Shown piece by piece: positions 51,353-64,000 of a stretch of DNA of 64,000 bases (positions are counted from its first letter, which is position 1; each line of letters begins with the position of its first letter). Both the position numbers and the translations under genes were made by a program. The notes beneath the pieces are model-generated. The model did not search any database. It was not told the DNA's origin and saw only the letters and a program-made list of their open reading frames with translations. Source of the stretch: Veleropilina oligotropha (Eukaryota); the NCBI GenBank assembly GCA_048128005.1, contig JBEUKZ010000092.1:248001-312000 (forward strand). Reading direction: 5' to 3'.

Positions 51353-54300
51353 TTAAAACACAGCCGCCATGTTTTTCTTTGTTTATACTCTCCATTATTT
51401 TTCAGGAATGGAGCGTTATATTTCCTTTGTTAGGTGAACAATAGGGTGTGAAATCTGGGGCGGCTTGTATAACCACGTCGCTGGACAGCAGTTACGTAAT
51501 CGTCAGTAGGCCTAATCGCTATCAAGCTCTGCTTCCATACAACCCGCTCCAGATAACGTGCAGTAAATCCAGAATGAAATAACACTAGATGGTCATTTCT
51601 CCGTTAAACATCTGTTGCGAAACGCACATTTAATAAATTTCCGAAGTAATCGTATCGGCGTAAACACGTGGTAATTCCAGAATGCTGACACCAGCTGAAA
51701 TGATATCTCTGCTAAACATTCACATTTATTTTCATATATTTCCATTGTGTCGTCGTAGACGCTTCTTATTGCGAACAGAAGGTGAAATACCATCCCGTAA
51801 ACGGTAATGTAGCTCCAGAGTATTAAAATCCAGCTGAATTGACATTGAATTTTGTATATTTCCATCGGACTGTTGCAATAAGTTGTGTCACGTATTAAAA
51901 AATCCCACGTATGGCTCATAAACTCCTGTTCGACGTCCTAATAGTAAATCCATATAAGCGATATTTCCACATCCGAACGCAATGCTGTCTATGTTTCAAC
52001 TGATTAAAACGTGCTAAAATGGAACAGATAGCTCCAATATTAGTGGTCAAATGACCACTGATAGCACAACCCGTGCGAATCGTCCATTTCGGGTCAGATT
52101 TTACATGAATTATCAGTGAAGGCGCAATTGACACGAAATTAGTTACGCTCCTGTCATTGTTAACAACCTATTGTATCTTGAAAAGGCGCAGAATGGGTTT
52201 TTGGCTGTGTTTTAAGTTTTGGAATGTCTTCGCAACACTCCAATCCTTAAAAAGAATGTGACTCGGCCCCTCCGGGGCCTCGTCTCCATTCTTTTTAAGG
52301 ATTGGAGAGTAGCTCGGACATTCCCCTCAACTTAAAACACAGCCGCCATGTTTTTCTTTGTTTAAACTCTCCATTATTTTTCAGGAATGGAGTGTTATAT
52401 TTCCTTTGTTAGGTGAACAATAGGGTGTGAAATCTGGGGCGGCTTGTATAGCCACGTCGCTGGACAGCAGTTACGTAATCGTCAGTAGGCCTAATCGCTA
52501 TCAAGCTCTGCTTCCATACAACCCGCTCCAGATAACGTGCAGTAAATCCAGAATGAAATAACACTAGATGGTCATTTCTCCGTTAAACATCTGTTGCGAA
52601 ACGCACATTTAATAAATTTCCGAAGTAATCGTATCGGCGTAAACACGTGGTAATTCCAGAATGCTGACACCAGCTGAAATGATATCTCTGCAAAGCATTC
52701 ACATTTATTTTCATATATTTCCATTGTGTCGTCGTAGACGCTTCTCATTGCGAACAGAAGGTGAAATACCATCCCGTAAACGGTAATGTAGCTCCAGAGT
52801 ATTAAAATCCATCTGAATTGACATTGAATTTTGTATATTTCCATCGGACTGTTGCAATAAGTTGTGTCACGTATAAAAAAATCCCACGTATGGCTCATAA
52901 ACTGCTGTTCGACGTCCTAATAGTAAATCCATATAAGCGATATTTCCACATCCGAACGCAATGCTGGCTGTGTTTCAACTGATTAAAACGTGCTAAAATG
53001 GAACAGATAGCTCCAATATTAGTGGTCAAATGACCACTGATAGCACAACCCGTGCGAATCGTCCATTTCGGGTCATATTTTACATGAATTATCAGTGAAG
53101 GCGCAATTGACACGAAATTAATTATGCTCCTCGTCATTGTTAACAACCTATTGTATCTTGAAAAGGCGCAGAATGGGTTTTTGGCTGTGTTTTAAGTTTC
53201 GGAATGTCTTCGCAACACTCCAATCCTTAAAAAGAATGTGACTCGGCCCCTCCGGGGCCTCGTCTCCATTCTTTTTAAAGATTGGAGAGTTGCTCGGACA
53301 TTCCCTCAACTTAAAACACAGCCGCCATGTTTTTCTTTGTTTAAACTCTCCATTATTTTTCAGGTATGGAGCGTTATCCTTTGTTAGGTGAACAATAGGG
53401 TGTGAAATCTGGGGCGGCTTGTATAGCCACGTCGCTGGACAGCAGTTACGTAATCGTCAGTAGGCCTAATCGCTATCAAGCTCTGCTTCCATACAACCCG
53501 CTCCAGATAACGTGCAGTAAATCCAGAATGAAATAACACTAGATGGTCATTTCTCCGTTAAACATCTGTTGCGAAACGCACATTTAATAAATTTCCGAAG
53601 TAATCGTATCGGCGTAAACACGTGGTAATTCCAGAATGCTGACACCAGCTGAAATGATATCTCTGCAAAGCATTCACATTTATTTTCATATATTTCCATT
53701 GTGTCGTCGTAGACGCTTCTCATTGCGAACAGAAGGTGAAATACCATCCCGTAAACGGTAATGTAGCTCCAGAGTATTAAAATCCATCTGAATTGACATT
53801 GAATTTTGTATATTTCCATCGGACTGTTGCAATAAGTTGTGTCACGTATAAAAAAATCCCACGTATGGCTCATAAACTGCTGTTCGACGTCCTAATAGTA
53901 AATCCATATAAGCGATATTTCCACATCCGAACGCAATGCTGGCTGTGTTTCAACTGATTAAAACGTGCTAAAATGGAACAGATAGCTCCAATATTAGTGG
54001 TCAAATGACCACTGATAGCACAACCCGTGCGAATCGTCCATTTCGGGTCATATTTTACATGAATTATCAGTGAAGGCGCAATTGACACGAAATTAATTAT
54101 GCTCCTCGTCATTGTTAACAACCTATTGTATCTTGAAAAGGCGCAGAATGGGTTTTTGGCTGTGTTTTAAGTTTCGGAATGTCTTCGCAACACTCCAATC
54201 CTTAAAAAGAATGTGACTCGGCCCCTCCGGGGCCTCGTCTCCATTCTTTTTAAAGATTGGAGAGTTGCTCGGACATTCCCTCAACTTAAAACACAGCCGC

Positions 54301-56624
54301 CATGTTTTTCTTTGTTTAAACTCTCCATTATTTTTCAGGTATGGAGCGTTATCCTTTGTTAGGTGAACAATAGGGTGTGAAATCTGGGGCGGCTTGTATA
54401 GCCACGTCGCTGGACAGCAGTTACGTAATCGTCAGTAGGCCTAATCGCTATCAAGCTCTGCTTCCATACAACCCGCTCCAGATAACGTGCAGTAAATCCA
54501 GAATGAAATAACACTAGATGGTCATTTCTCCGTTAAACATCTGTTGCGAAACGCACATTTAATAAATTTCCGAAGTAATCGTATCGTGGTAAACACGTGG
54601 TAATTCCAGAATGCTGACACCAGCTGAAATGATATCTCTGCTAAACATTCACATTTATTTTCATATATTTCCATTGTGTCATCGTAGACGCTTCTTATTG
54701 CGAACAGAAGGTGAAATACCATCCCGTAAACGGTAATGTAGCTCCAGAGTATTAAAATCCATCTGAATTGACATTGAATTTTGTATATTTCCATCGGACT
54801 GTTGCAATAAGTTGTGTCACGTATTAAAAAATCCCACGTATGGCTCATAAACTCCTGTTCGACGTCCTAATAGTAAATCCATATAAGCGATATTTCCACA
54901 TCCGAACGCAATGCTGTCTGTGTTTTCGATCTATAAGCCCTCTGTGGTTTCTTGCGATCTCCCTGCCAAAAAAATAAAATTACTATCGCTATGATAATAT
55001 ATATACACAATTATTCTCATATATTAAGTGCATGCATATACACCATTATTACAATATACTACTGTATTATTATTATCATTATACACACATAATTACGTGC
55101 CTATATTTAAATAATATGTTTATATGTATAAATTGTATATTATGTATTATAATTATGTATATGCATGTGTGGATGTATGATGATTTATTTAACTTGTTAA
55201 TTGAGCTATATATTTTTTAGTATTTAAGTACAATATTACGTATAACTTGTAATTTGCTATTTATATATATATTTTTTTATTTATATTTTATTTTTTGGCA
55301 AATAAATTTCATTTCATTTCAACTGATTAAAACGTGCTAAAATGGAACAGATAGCTCCAATATTAGTGGTCAAATGACCACTGATAGCACAACCCGTGCG
55401 AATCGTCCATTTCGGGTCAGATTTTACATGAATTATCAGTGAAGGCGCAATTGACACGAAATTAATTACGCTCCTCGTCATTGTTAACAACCTATTGTAT
55501 CTTGAAAAGGCGCAGAATGGGTTTTTGGCTGTGTTTTAAGTTGCGGAATGTCTTCGCAACACTCCAATCCTTAAAAAGAATGTGACTCGGCCCCTCCGGG
55601 GCCTCGTCTCCATTCTTTTTAAAGATTGGAGAGTTGCTCGGACAATCCCCTCAACTTAAAACACAGCCGCCGTGTTTTTCTTTGTTTAAACTCTCCATTA
55701 TTTTTCAGGAATGGAGCGTTATCCTTTGTTAGGTGAACAATAGGGTGTGGAATCTGGGGCGGCTTGTATAGCCACGTCGCTGGACAGCAGTTACGTAATC
55801 GTCAGTAGGCCTAATCGCTATCAAGCTCTGCTTCCATACAACCCGCTCCTGATAACGTGCAGTAAATCCAGAATGAAATAACACTAGATGGTCATTTCTC
55901 CGTTAAACATCTGTTGCGAAACGCACATTTAATAAATTTCCGAAGTAATCGTATCGGCGTAAACACGTGGTAATTCCAGAATGCTGACACCAGCTGAAAT
56001 GATATCTCTGCTAAACATTCACATTTATTTTCATATATTTCCATTGTGTCGTCGTAGACGCTTCTTATTGCGATCAGAAGGTGAAATACCATCCCGTAAA
56101 CGGTAATGTAGCTCCAGAGTATTAAAATCCAGCTGAATTGACATTGAATTTTGTATATTTCCATCGGACTGTTGCAATAAGTTGTGTCACGTATAAAAAA
56201 ATCCCACGTATGGCACATAAACTCCTGTTCGACGTCCTAATAGTAAATCCATATATTTCCACATCCGAACGCAATGCTGTCTGTGTTTCAACTGATTAAA
56301 ACGTGCTAAAATGGAACAGATAGCTCCAATATTATTGGTCAAATGACCACTGATAGCACAACCCGTGCGAATCGTCCATTTCGGGTCAGATTTTACATGA
56401 ATTATCAGTGAAGGCGCAATTGACACGAAATTAATTACGCTCCTCGTCATTGTTAACAACCTATTGTATCTTGAAAAGGCGCAGAATGGGTTTTTGGCTG
56501 TGTTTTAAGTTGCGGAATGTCTTCGTAACACTCCAATCCTTAAAAAGAATGTGACTCGGCCCCTCCGGGGCCTCGTCTCCATTCTTTTTAAGGGTTGGAG
56601 AGTTGCTCGGACATTCCCCTCCAC
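51353..56624 (+). repeat. Five head-to-tail copies of a ~975-bp non-coding hairpin-tailed element
   Basis: Unit starts at 51353, 52332, 53311, 54286 and 55656. Each runs TTAAAACACAGCC...GGCTGTGTTTTAA followed by a ~104-bp hairpin (e.g. 52221-52324). Confidence 0.95.
54928..55320 (+). mobile_element. LINE 3'-UTR fragment inserted in unit 4 of the array
   Basis: Absent from the other four units; ends AATAAATTTCATTTCATTTC; TTTC at both junctions. Confidence 0.7.
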
Positions 56625-57394
56625 GTACGATCAAGACACTATGCAGCCCAACATAATGCCTGCTATGCAACGCTTACACGATCAGTTCAGACAAGGCTGG
56701 CACAACTCAATCCAAACAACGCCAAAACTGCGCCTTAATACATTGTGCAAAGTAGACATGAAATTTGAAAAATATCTATATTTACGCAACTGCGAGAGTA
56801 GAAAATTAATATCTTTGTTTAGAAGTAGCACATGTAAAATTGAAATAGAAGAAGGCAGATGTATAGGAACAGCACGGGAGGATAGGTTGTGCCAGCATTG
56901 TGCATTAAATGTTATCGAGGACGAATACCACTTCATCATGGTATGTCCAAAATATAGAAATTTAAGATTAAAATATTTCCCTAAATATTTTACAAGGTGG
57001 CCAACTATCCAAAAAGTTACAAACGTAATGTCATCTGATTCTCTGCGAGTCTTATCGAATCTTGGATTGTTTTTAAAATACGCACTTACTGAGCGCACCA
57101 ATAATCCCTAGATATATATATATATATATGTCATTGTATATGTTTTTGTTTCACCTGTACGAATGTACATGTTTGCATATTTATATAATTATGTATACAA
57201 AATATGTGAATGTATTTATGCACATTGGTGTGTATTTATGTGCGTGTATATGAATATAAGTGCAGCGCAGACTTGCTCCTTCGGTCATGCGACCATGATA
57301 TGGTCAGGATTGTGCACTTGTCTGCATAATTTTACGTACTACATATTTGGTTATAAACAAATGTATTGTTTTTATGCCAATAAATACAATTGAA

Positions 57395-60300
57395 GTATTA
57401 ACTTGTGGTGACTCCAATGCATGCACGTCTGTTGAAAACGATTTCATTTCTTCTAATTATGATCATTAAGTACCAATCAACCTAGACAATGACAACACGT
57501 TAGACGACCCGATCTTGTGTACCAGATCAAACGAGGACAAAGTGGTCAATAATTTTGGTCGTCGCTTGTTACAATTCAATTCTTTATTTAGGCCATCGGC
57601 CAATCACAATAATACAATACAATATATACATACAACATCGCCAGAGGTATATTGAATTACAACAAATATCAAATACAGTAATAATCATTACATTTATACG
57701 TTTAATCCTTTCTGGTAATCTGTCATAATTTCATAAATACACTTTGACAGTAAATATACAGTCTTATCATCCTTTGATGACATAAGGTTGATAAATTTCT
57801 GCATATTTGGTCGCAGATAAGAGTTTTCATTTAAGTATTTTTTTCTTATATTTAAATAGAGTGGGCATTCGAGCAGTACATGGTATTCATCTTCTATGTC
57901 GTCACAGGATGCACAGGTCCTATTGCATCTTTCAATACGATTAGGGCCCCATCGACCGCTTTCTATCATAAAGCGGTGCGAGCTCAGTCTGAATTTTGAA
58001 AGAGCGCTTCTATATATTGCAGGTTTAATGCTAGTTAAGTAATTTTCAACCTCGAATTTTTTCTAATGTTGGTATACTGTAGCTTTTTTATTATCGTTTA
58101 TGTCCGCTCTCCAATTCTGAGTATAAATATCCTTTAATCTCGCATTAAACTGTTCAATAAAGTATTCTGTATCCCACACTCCTTGATTCTCCCAAACATA
58201 TCCAAAACCATTGGTATACAACATGTTTCTCAATTGTGTAACCCATGTCAATTTTTTGGGATAATCTTCAATCATTGAGACAAGTTTTCCATAAATAATG
58301 CTTATGTATTTCTTTTGATCAGATGATACTATTTTGAACCAATAATTTATAATACGTACAGCTCTTTCAATATACAGGGGATAAATTCCATGTTCACCAT
58401 ATATAAAAGCATTTGGAGTACTATTTTTCACGCCAAGTAATTCCTTCAAAAACTTTAATCTTAACTTTTCTATATCAGGAGATTTCTGAAACCCCCAGAT
58501 TTCGCAATTGTAATATAAGATTGGGTTTATTGATGCCTCAAATAGATATAATTTTGTCTTTATGCCAAGATATGGGAAATCATTAAAATATTGTTTCAGG
58601 CTGAATAATGCCTTTGATGCTTGTTCCGCGAGAGTTCTTTGTGTCATATTGAAATTTCCTGTGTATGAAAAGAGTACTCCCAGATATTTAAATTGGTTTA
58701 CAATTTCTAACCTTTACCATAGTAAAGGAAAACATCCGTGTTTGGCAATATGCCACGTTTTCGAAAAATTAATACTTTTGTTGTATCGGTGTTGACGGTT
58801 AGTCCGTATTTAAAGCAGTATTCCTGTAAGCTTGTTATTCCGGTTGTAGATCATGCCTATTTTCAGCTAATAAGACGGTGTCATCAGCAAATAATAGTAC
58901 GAATATTTTTAAGTAATCGTTTAATTTTATACCCATTGAATCGGGGGTTTTCATTGCATTTTCAACATCATTAATAAACATGGCAAATAATAAAGGTGAT
59001 AGACTTTCTCCTTGTCTAACGCCCATGCTACACTGGAAGAAAGTATCTGAATCTTTATTTTGCCGTACACATGAATTAATATCACTATACATTCCTCTGA
59101 GTAATCCAATGACTTTAGTGCTGAATCCTTCAGCTAGCAGCTTACACCACAGTACATTTCTATCGATATAGTCAAACGCTTTTCTAAAATATACGAATAG
59201 ACAGTAAAGCTTCTGATTTTTAGCTATTACAACGTCAATCAAACTTTTCAATACAAATACACAGTCACTAGTTGAATAACCTTTCCTAAAGCCAAATTGT
59301 GATTCGTTATATATGTCATTTGTTTCTGCCCATTTACACAATCTATTATTTAAAACATTGGTGAACAGTTTGCCAAAGCAACTTATCAGTGTAATACCTC
59401 TATAATTATCCGGGTCGTGAATATTTCCTTTTTTGTGAATTGGTAGTATAATACCACTTTTCCAAGTTGTTGGGAAAATACATGTGTTAAGAATACTATT
59501 AAACAAGTTTGTTACATAAGGGACAATAATATCTTTCCTTTCAATGAAAAATCCATTTATGATCAAATCCATTCCGCAAGATTTATTCAGTTTCAGTTTT
59601 CCTATAGAAGTAAATACTTCCTCTGTGGAAATAAGCTTATCTAGATCTTCGACTTCAATCTTTATTTCACTCCAATTAAATTCATCAGAAGTTACCTTTG
59701 TGACATTATCTATTAAGGGTTTTACATCAGGATTCATTAGCTTATTAAAATACTCACTAAAATCGCAATTTGGTTTGGGGGGTTTCGACTTCCTTGTGCT
59801 CTTTAATTTTTTCCAGAATGACTTCGAATCTTTTTTGCATAAAGTAACTAATTCGTCACATTCAAACAAACGATACTGATTTACTTTCTTTCTGCACAAT
59901 GAACGGTATTAATTTCTCAATAAGGTATAGTGGCGTCTAATTTCATCAGTTTTAATTCTGTTATAGTTTGCTTCCGCTTCTTTAAATAGGTTATGAGATT
60001 TTCTACACTCATCATCATATCATTGATTCGCTTTTTTACTCACATTTTGATTGGATGATTGCACACGCTTTAGGAATACTTCGTCGGCAGCATTGTGTAT
60101 TGCGCTCGTGAGTATATGTACACTGTCATCAATAATGCCTTGATGAATTGTTTCGTTATTCAAATTTGCTATCGACCTTTCCATTTCATTTATAATTTCT
60201 TCTGTGTTCAATCTATTTACATATGCGTCTGCTTTACTAACATTCCATTTCATATATTGTCGCTCGGTTATACAATTTTCGTTTGTACATAATAATACGT

Positions 60301-62490
60301 CGTTGTTACATAATAAAGACAGCGTTACCACATAATGATCTGATAATGGTGTTCTATTAATTCTAAAATCTGTGCAATAGCTAAACAAGTGTATGCTTCC
60401 CAGCATATAGTCTATAAGGCTTTCTCCTTTTTCATTACAAAAAGTGAACATTCCCACTTTTCTGTCCTGTCCTACTCGTCCATTAATAATTCTCAATCTT
60501 GATGTTTTACACAAAATTAATAATAGATTTCCATGAACATTTAAACCTTTATGAATATCTTTTGAAAAAACGTTTTGGTTCATGGCCATGTGAACATATC
60601 ATTTGTTGATCACTTTCTGAGTCAAATAGGTAGTCATCTGGAAGAGGTACAAAATTTATATCACTTTCATCATCATATTGTACGTAGTCTGGTTGATTAG
60701 AAGTTCTTGCATTAAAGTTCCCCGCAATAAGTACGTCCCCCATTTGGCTGAAAGAAGCCAGATCAGTTTGTAATATTTCGAACAAATCCTCATCTTGTAT
60801 GTATGTAGAACCTATAGGGGATATATAACAACAGCATAAATACAAATCTGGGTGGAACCTAAAGTATTTACCAGCTAATTTAACCCATATAATATCTTCG
60901 TGACTATTTTTAACTACCTCAACCCCTTCAGCTATGCCTTCCGAAATATAGATTACATTGCCCCCCGAATTTCTTTTAGCTCTCCTGTTTTTTTTCTGCA
61001 TGAAAACATATGTTTGTAATTTGCTATTGAATAATTTGTTTGATTATTTGCCCAGGTTTCCGAAAGTGAGATAATATCGTGTTTCATTATGCGCGACACA
61101 ATCTCGGGGTTGCATAATTTGTTACACAAACCTCCATTAATATTCCATGTCCCAATTCGTAACCTTTGATCGAGGTGTGAATGCTGTGCCTCTGGCTCAA
61201 CACGCTATTGTAAAGTTGCTCGTGGTGTTAACTGGATCTCTCTGATCAAGCGTCCTTCGGCTATCAGCTTCGCTGGGTACACAATGGTGGCCCGTTTGCC
61301 TTGACTTTTAAGTTGCTTCAGTTCCGGCAGTAGTCGTTTTCTCGCTTCGCGGATTTCTTTTGGGAAGTCCTCATACATACTGTACGGTTTGTTAGCAAGC
61401 TGTCGTCCGAGTTTTCAGACCTTTTCCTGATCTTGATGGAAGACAAAACCCGCAATCACCGATCTTGGCTTTGTATTATGGCCAGGTGCAACGTTCTTAC
61501 CAAGGCGGTGTACACGATGAAACGTCATATTCGACACGAAGTCGTTGTCCATATCTAATTTCTCCATAAGGAATGATCTCACAGTCAATTCACAATTTTC
61601 ACCTTGTGTTTCGTCCAACCCAGTGAATATAAGGTTGTTCCTCCTTGAGCGAGCTTCCTGATCAACTGCCCTATAACCAGCATTTTTCATGTCTTTTCTA
61701 ATATTTTCCACACAATTCGATAAGCTTTCTCTAGATATTTCTAGGTTCCTGATCTTATCCATTGTGGATTGCTTATCTCGCTCGTAATTATCAAATTTAT
61801 CGCTAATAAATCCCATGCTCTCTTCATGTTTTTTGCGATTCGAGAGTTAGCTTGCTCAGCGCACATTCTACGGTCGTCACTCTTGAGGCAACTTTCGTCA
61901 CTGCGTCCTCAATCTGGTCTAGTTTGCCTAATTTTTGCTCTATGTTTGTTAATTTTGACGTTCATGGTATTATTTCCGCTGTTGTAGATTTCTCCCTGTG
62001 GCGTGTAACCGACCGGTGACTGATACAAGTTATAATTGGGCTGGCCTGGGTTTACGGGAGTCATTATGGGCGGTGGTGACCAGAAATATCCACTATTCTG
62101 CCCATTTATCTGTACTGGTGTGGCCATTACGGTGTTTAACTGATCGCTTGACTGACTCACCGAGATTTCAGGAGATATAGCTTCATTGTTCGCCTTTTTC
62201 CCTTTATTTTTACTTTTTTTCTTTGGTGGCTGCTTTCCATCACTCATATGTATTCCGAGGGAAGAGCTTAGGTTGTTTTCCTCGCCTTTAACTGTGCAAA
62301 TCCAATTTTCTTTCCAATTTACAAGGAGCAAAATATTTACAACCACCTCACGCCGCCATATTATTTAACCAATTGTGCGCTAACACTGGTCATGCAATTG
62401 CGAATGGGCGCCTCGGTACTGACCTTGACGTGGGCAGTTTCACATGCTTCACACCTTTGGGTTCTAGTTTAATTGATTATGTATTAAGCG
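57395..62490 (+). mobile_element. Third LINE fragment (APE domain C-terminal part), split by the 57577-62369 insertion
   Basis: VLTCGDSNA...VNNFGRRLL (57395-57571) joins in frame to QLCANTG..ANGR...FTC...SLIDYVL (62370-62490). Confidence 0.75.
57577..62369 (-). mobile_element. Near full-length RTEX-like LINE, degenerate
   Basis: ORF1 ~62346-61205 (RSRRNNLIFTGL, RVHRLG); ORF2 ~61170-57694 (GTWNING, GNFNART, NYRGITL, GVRQGESLSP, FADD, CEIWG, EDEYHVLLECP). 3' AATAAAGAATTGAATTG; CAATT repeated at 57572-57576 and 62370-62374. Confidence 0.9.
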
Positions 62491-64000
62491 GTGCAAAATC
62501 TAAGGATTTCTGGCCCGTCTAATAATAGTAATTTCACTGTACTAGTTGAAGACAATAATACTGTAACTAATCAATCTGATGTCTGTGAAATTTTTAACGA
62601 TCATATTGCCAATATTGCTAATGATATCGGTCGCAATGGTTCATCTTCTGATTTTCACTCACATCCTAGTAGAACACTGATCAATGAAAACACAATATGT
62701 GACAAGCAAAGCTTTCATTTCAATCAAGTCACCGAAGACTTTGTCAAGAAAACCATAACCTCAATTGGCGTAAAAAGGCGACAGGTATAGATGGGGTCTC
62801 TTCTAAACTGCTAAGGCTCGCCAAGGACGAGATAACAGCCCCCATCACTTCGCTGATAAATAAGTCAATTGCTTCGAATGCATTCCCTGACCTCCTGAAA
62901 AAGGCCCAAGTGGTTCCCATATACAAAAAAATGACTCCTCTTGCAATTCCAACTACAGACCGATAAGTATTCTGCCCATTACTTCAAACATCTTTGAAAG
63001 GGCCCTAAATACTCAATTAACAGAGTACTTTGATGCACTTTTTCATCCCAATCTTTCGGCCTTCCGTAAGGGATATGGCTGTCAAACAACCTTATTAAGG
63101 GCTATTGAAGACTGGCGCAAGGCCCTTGACGAACATATATTTGTAGCAGCCATTCTAATGGACCTATCTAAGGCTTTGGATTGTTTACCACACAATTTAT
63201 TATTGGAAAAACTTAAAGCCTATAATCTGCCGATGATGCTATTACTTTATTATCTAGCTATTTAACAAACAGGAAACAACGGGTCAAATCTGGCTCCTAT
63301 GTCAGCTCATGGAAACAACTTTCAAAAGGAGTCCCACAGGGATCCATTCTCGGCCCTCTACTCTTCAATGTATTTATTAACGACATATTATATTGCATAA
63401 CTGACTGTTCACTGTATTATTATGCTGATGATAACACCATATCATATTCTCATAATAATTATGATGTTATGCTAGAAACTCTTGAAAGGGAATGCAACAG
63501 CCTAATATCATGGTTCTCTTGCAACATGATGCAGGCTAACCCTGATAAATTTCAATCTATTGCTATTGGTAAAAACACCAACAAGAAATGTGCATATATC
63601 AAAGTTGGTGATACAAATATATCATGCTCTGAAGAAGTCAAATTACTCGGCGTTACAATTGACTTCCAACTAAAATTTGACAAGCACATATCTACCATAT
63701 GTCGCAAGGCTTCTCAGCAGGTCAATGTGCTTAAGCGCATTGGTATCCATCTGAATTTACAATGCAAACTACTTATTTATCACTCTTTCATATTGTCGAA
63801 CCTGAACTATTGTCCATTAACCTGGCACTTTTGCAGCGAGTGCAATGTTAAGAAGCTCGAAATAAATCCAAGAGCGAGCGTTACGTTTAATCTATTATGA
63901 TTTTTCTTTATCATACGAAGAACTTTTACATAAAAGTAAATTCCCCTCTTTACGTGTTCGAAGCCTCAAGCAAATGGCTCTGGAAACATATACAATTTTC
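62491..64000 (+). mobile_element. CR1/L2(Crack)-like LINE RT pseudogene, runs off the window
   Basis: NYRPISILP, MDLSKA, GVPQGSILGPLLF, YADD, ANPDKFQ, LLGVTID and NYCPLTWHFC, with frameshifts. Confidence 0.88.

Larger units (their letters stand above)
44560..57394 (+). mobile_element. RTEX-like LINE (L1-type ORF1, APE-RT-CCHC ORF2), degenerate, split by two insertions
   Basis: ORF1 RDNLVFYNI..IDRAHRMG..RPLVAKF (44949-45344); APE start CLWNIHGL (~45370); RT QFGFRPGRST, FIDFQKAFD, GVKQGDPLSP, FADD. Resumes at 50981 (YASEIWG) and at 56625 (RLCQHC..EDEYHF..CP). AATAAA at ~57379. Confidence 0.85.

Noticed and set aside
51353..52215. Array unit as a Kolobok/piggyBac MITE with TTAA TSD
   Set aside because: The TTAA-bearing 13-bp IRs exist, but the repeating unit extends ~116 bp beyond the right IR and the reconstructed target (TACTGGTAC) contains no TTAA.
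51593..56459. Repeated 108-aa and 72-90-aa ORFs in the tandem array
   Set aside because: No recognisable domain; they recur only because the DNA is duplicated; start codons vary and the smaller ORF is frameshifted or interrupted in units 4-5.

Overview
Eukaryotic, AT-rich and almost entirely transposon-derived DNA. The element content suggests a marine invertebrate; the species cannot be determined. Only one credible host gene is visible: an intronless class A GPCR (27378-28328, minus). The rest is a deeply nested stack of mostly dead mobile elements: (1) the 3' part of an Academ(X)-type DNA transposon (transposase + XPG-like nuclease + Cys-rich tail); (2) a 10.3-kb IS3EU-type element with TATGG termini, a near-perfect 6-bp TSD, 21-bp subterminal arrays and two convergent genes that both start with a SAM-like domain; (3) Harbinger, Tc1, Sola2-, Kolobok- and hAT-type elements; (4) non-autonomous Helitron/Helentron (HINE) elements carrying satellite-like arrays; (5) tRNA-derived SINEs; (6) a 20-kb block of nested RTEX-, CR1- and L2/Crack-like LINEs. 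The most notable signal is a shared architecture in five elements with different sequences: a short 5' inverted repeat, a body, the partner repeat, then a 100-170 bp hairpin. Two of them carry DUF3504-type (Crypton) tyrosine-recombinase remnants. A third forms a 5-unit head-to-tail array inserted into one codon of a LINE ORF with no target duplication or loss. All family assignments come from motif recognition by eye; no searches were run.
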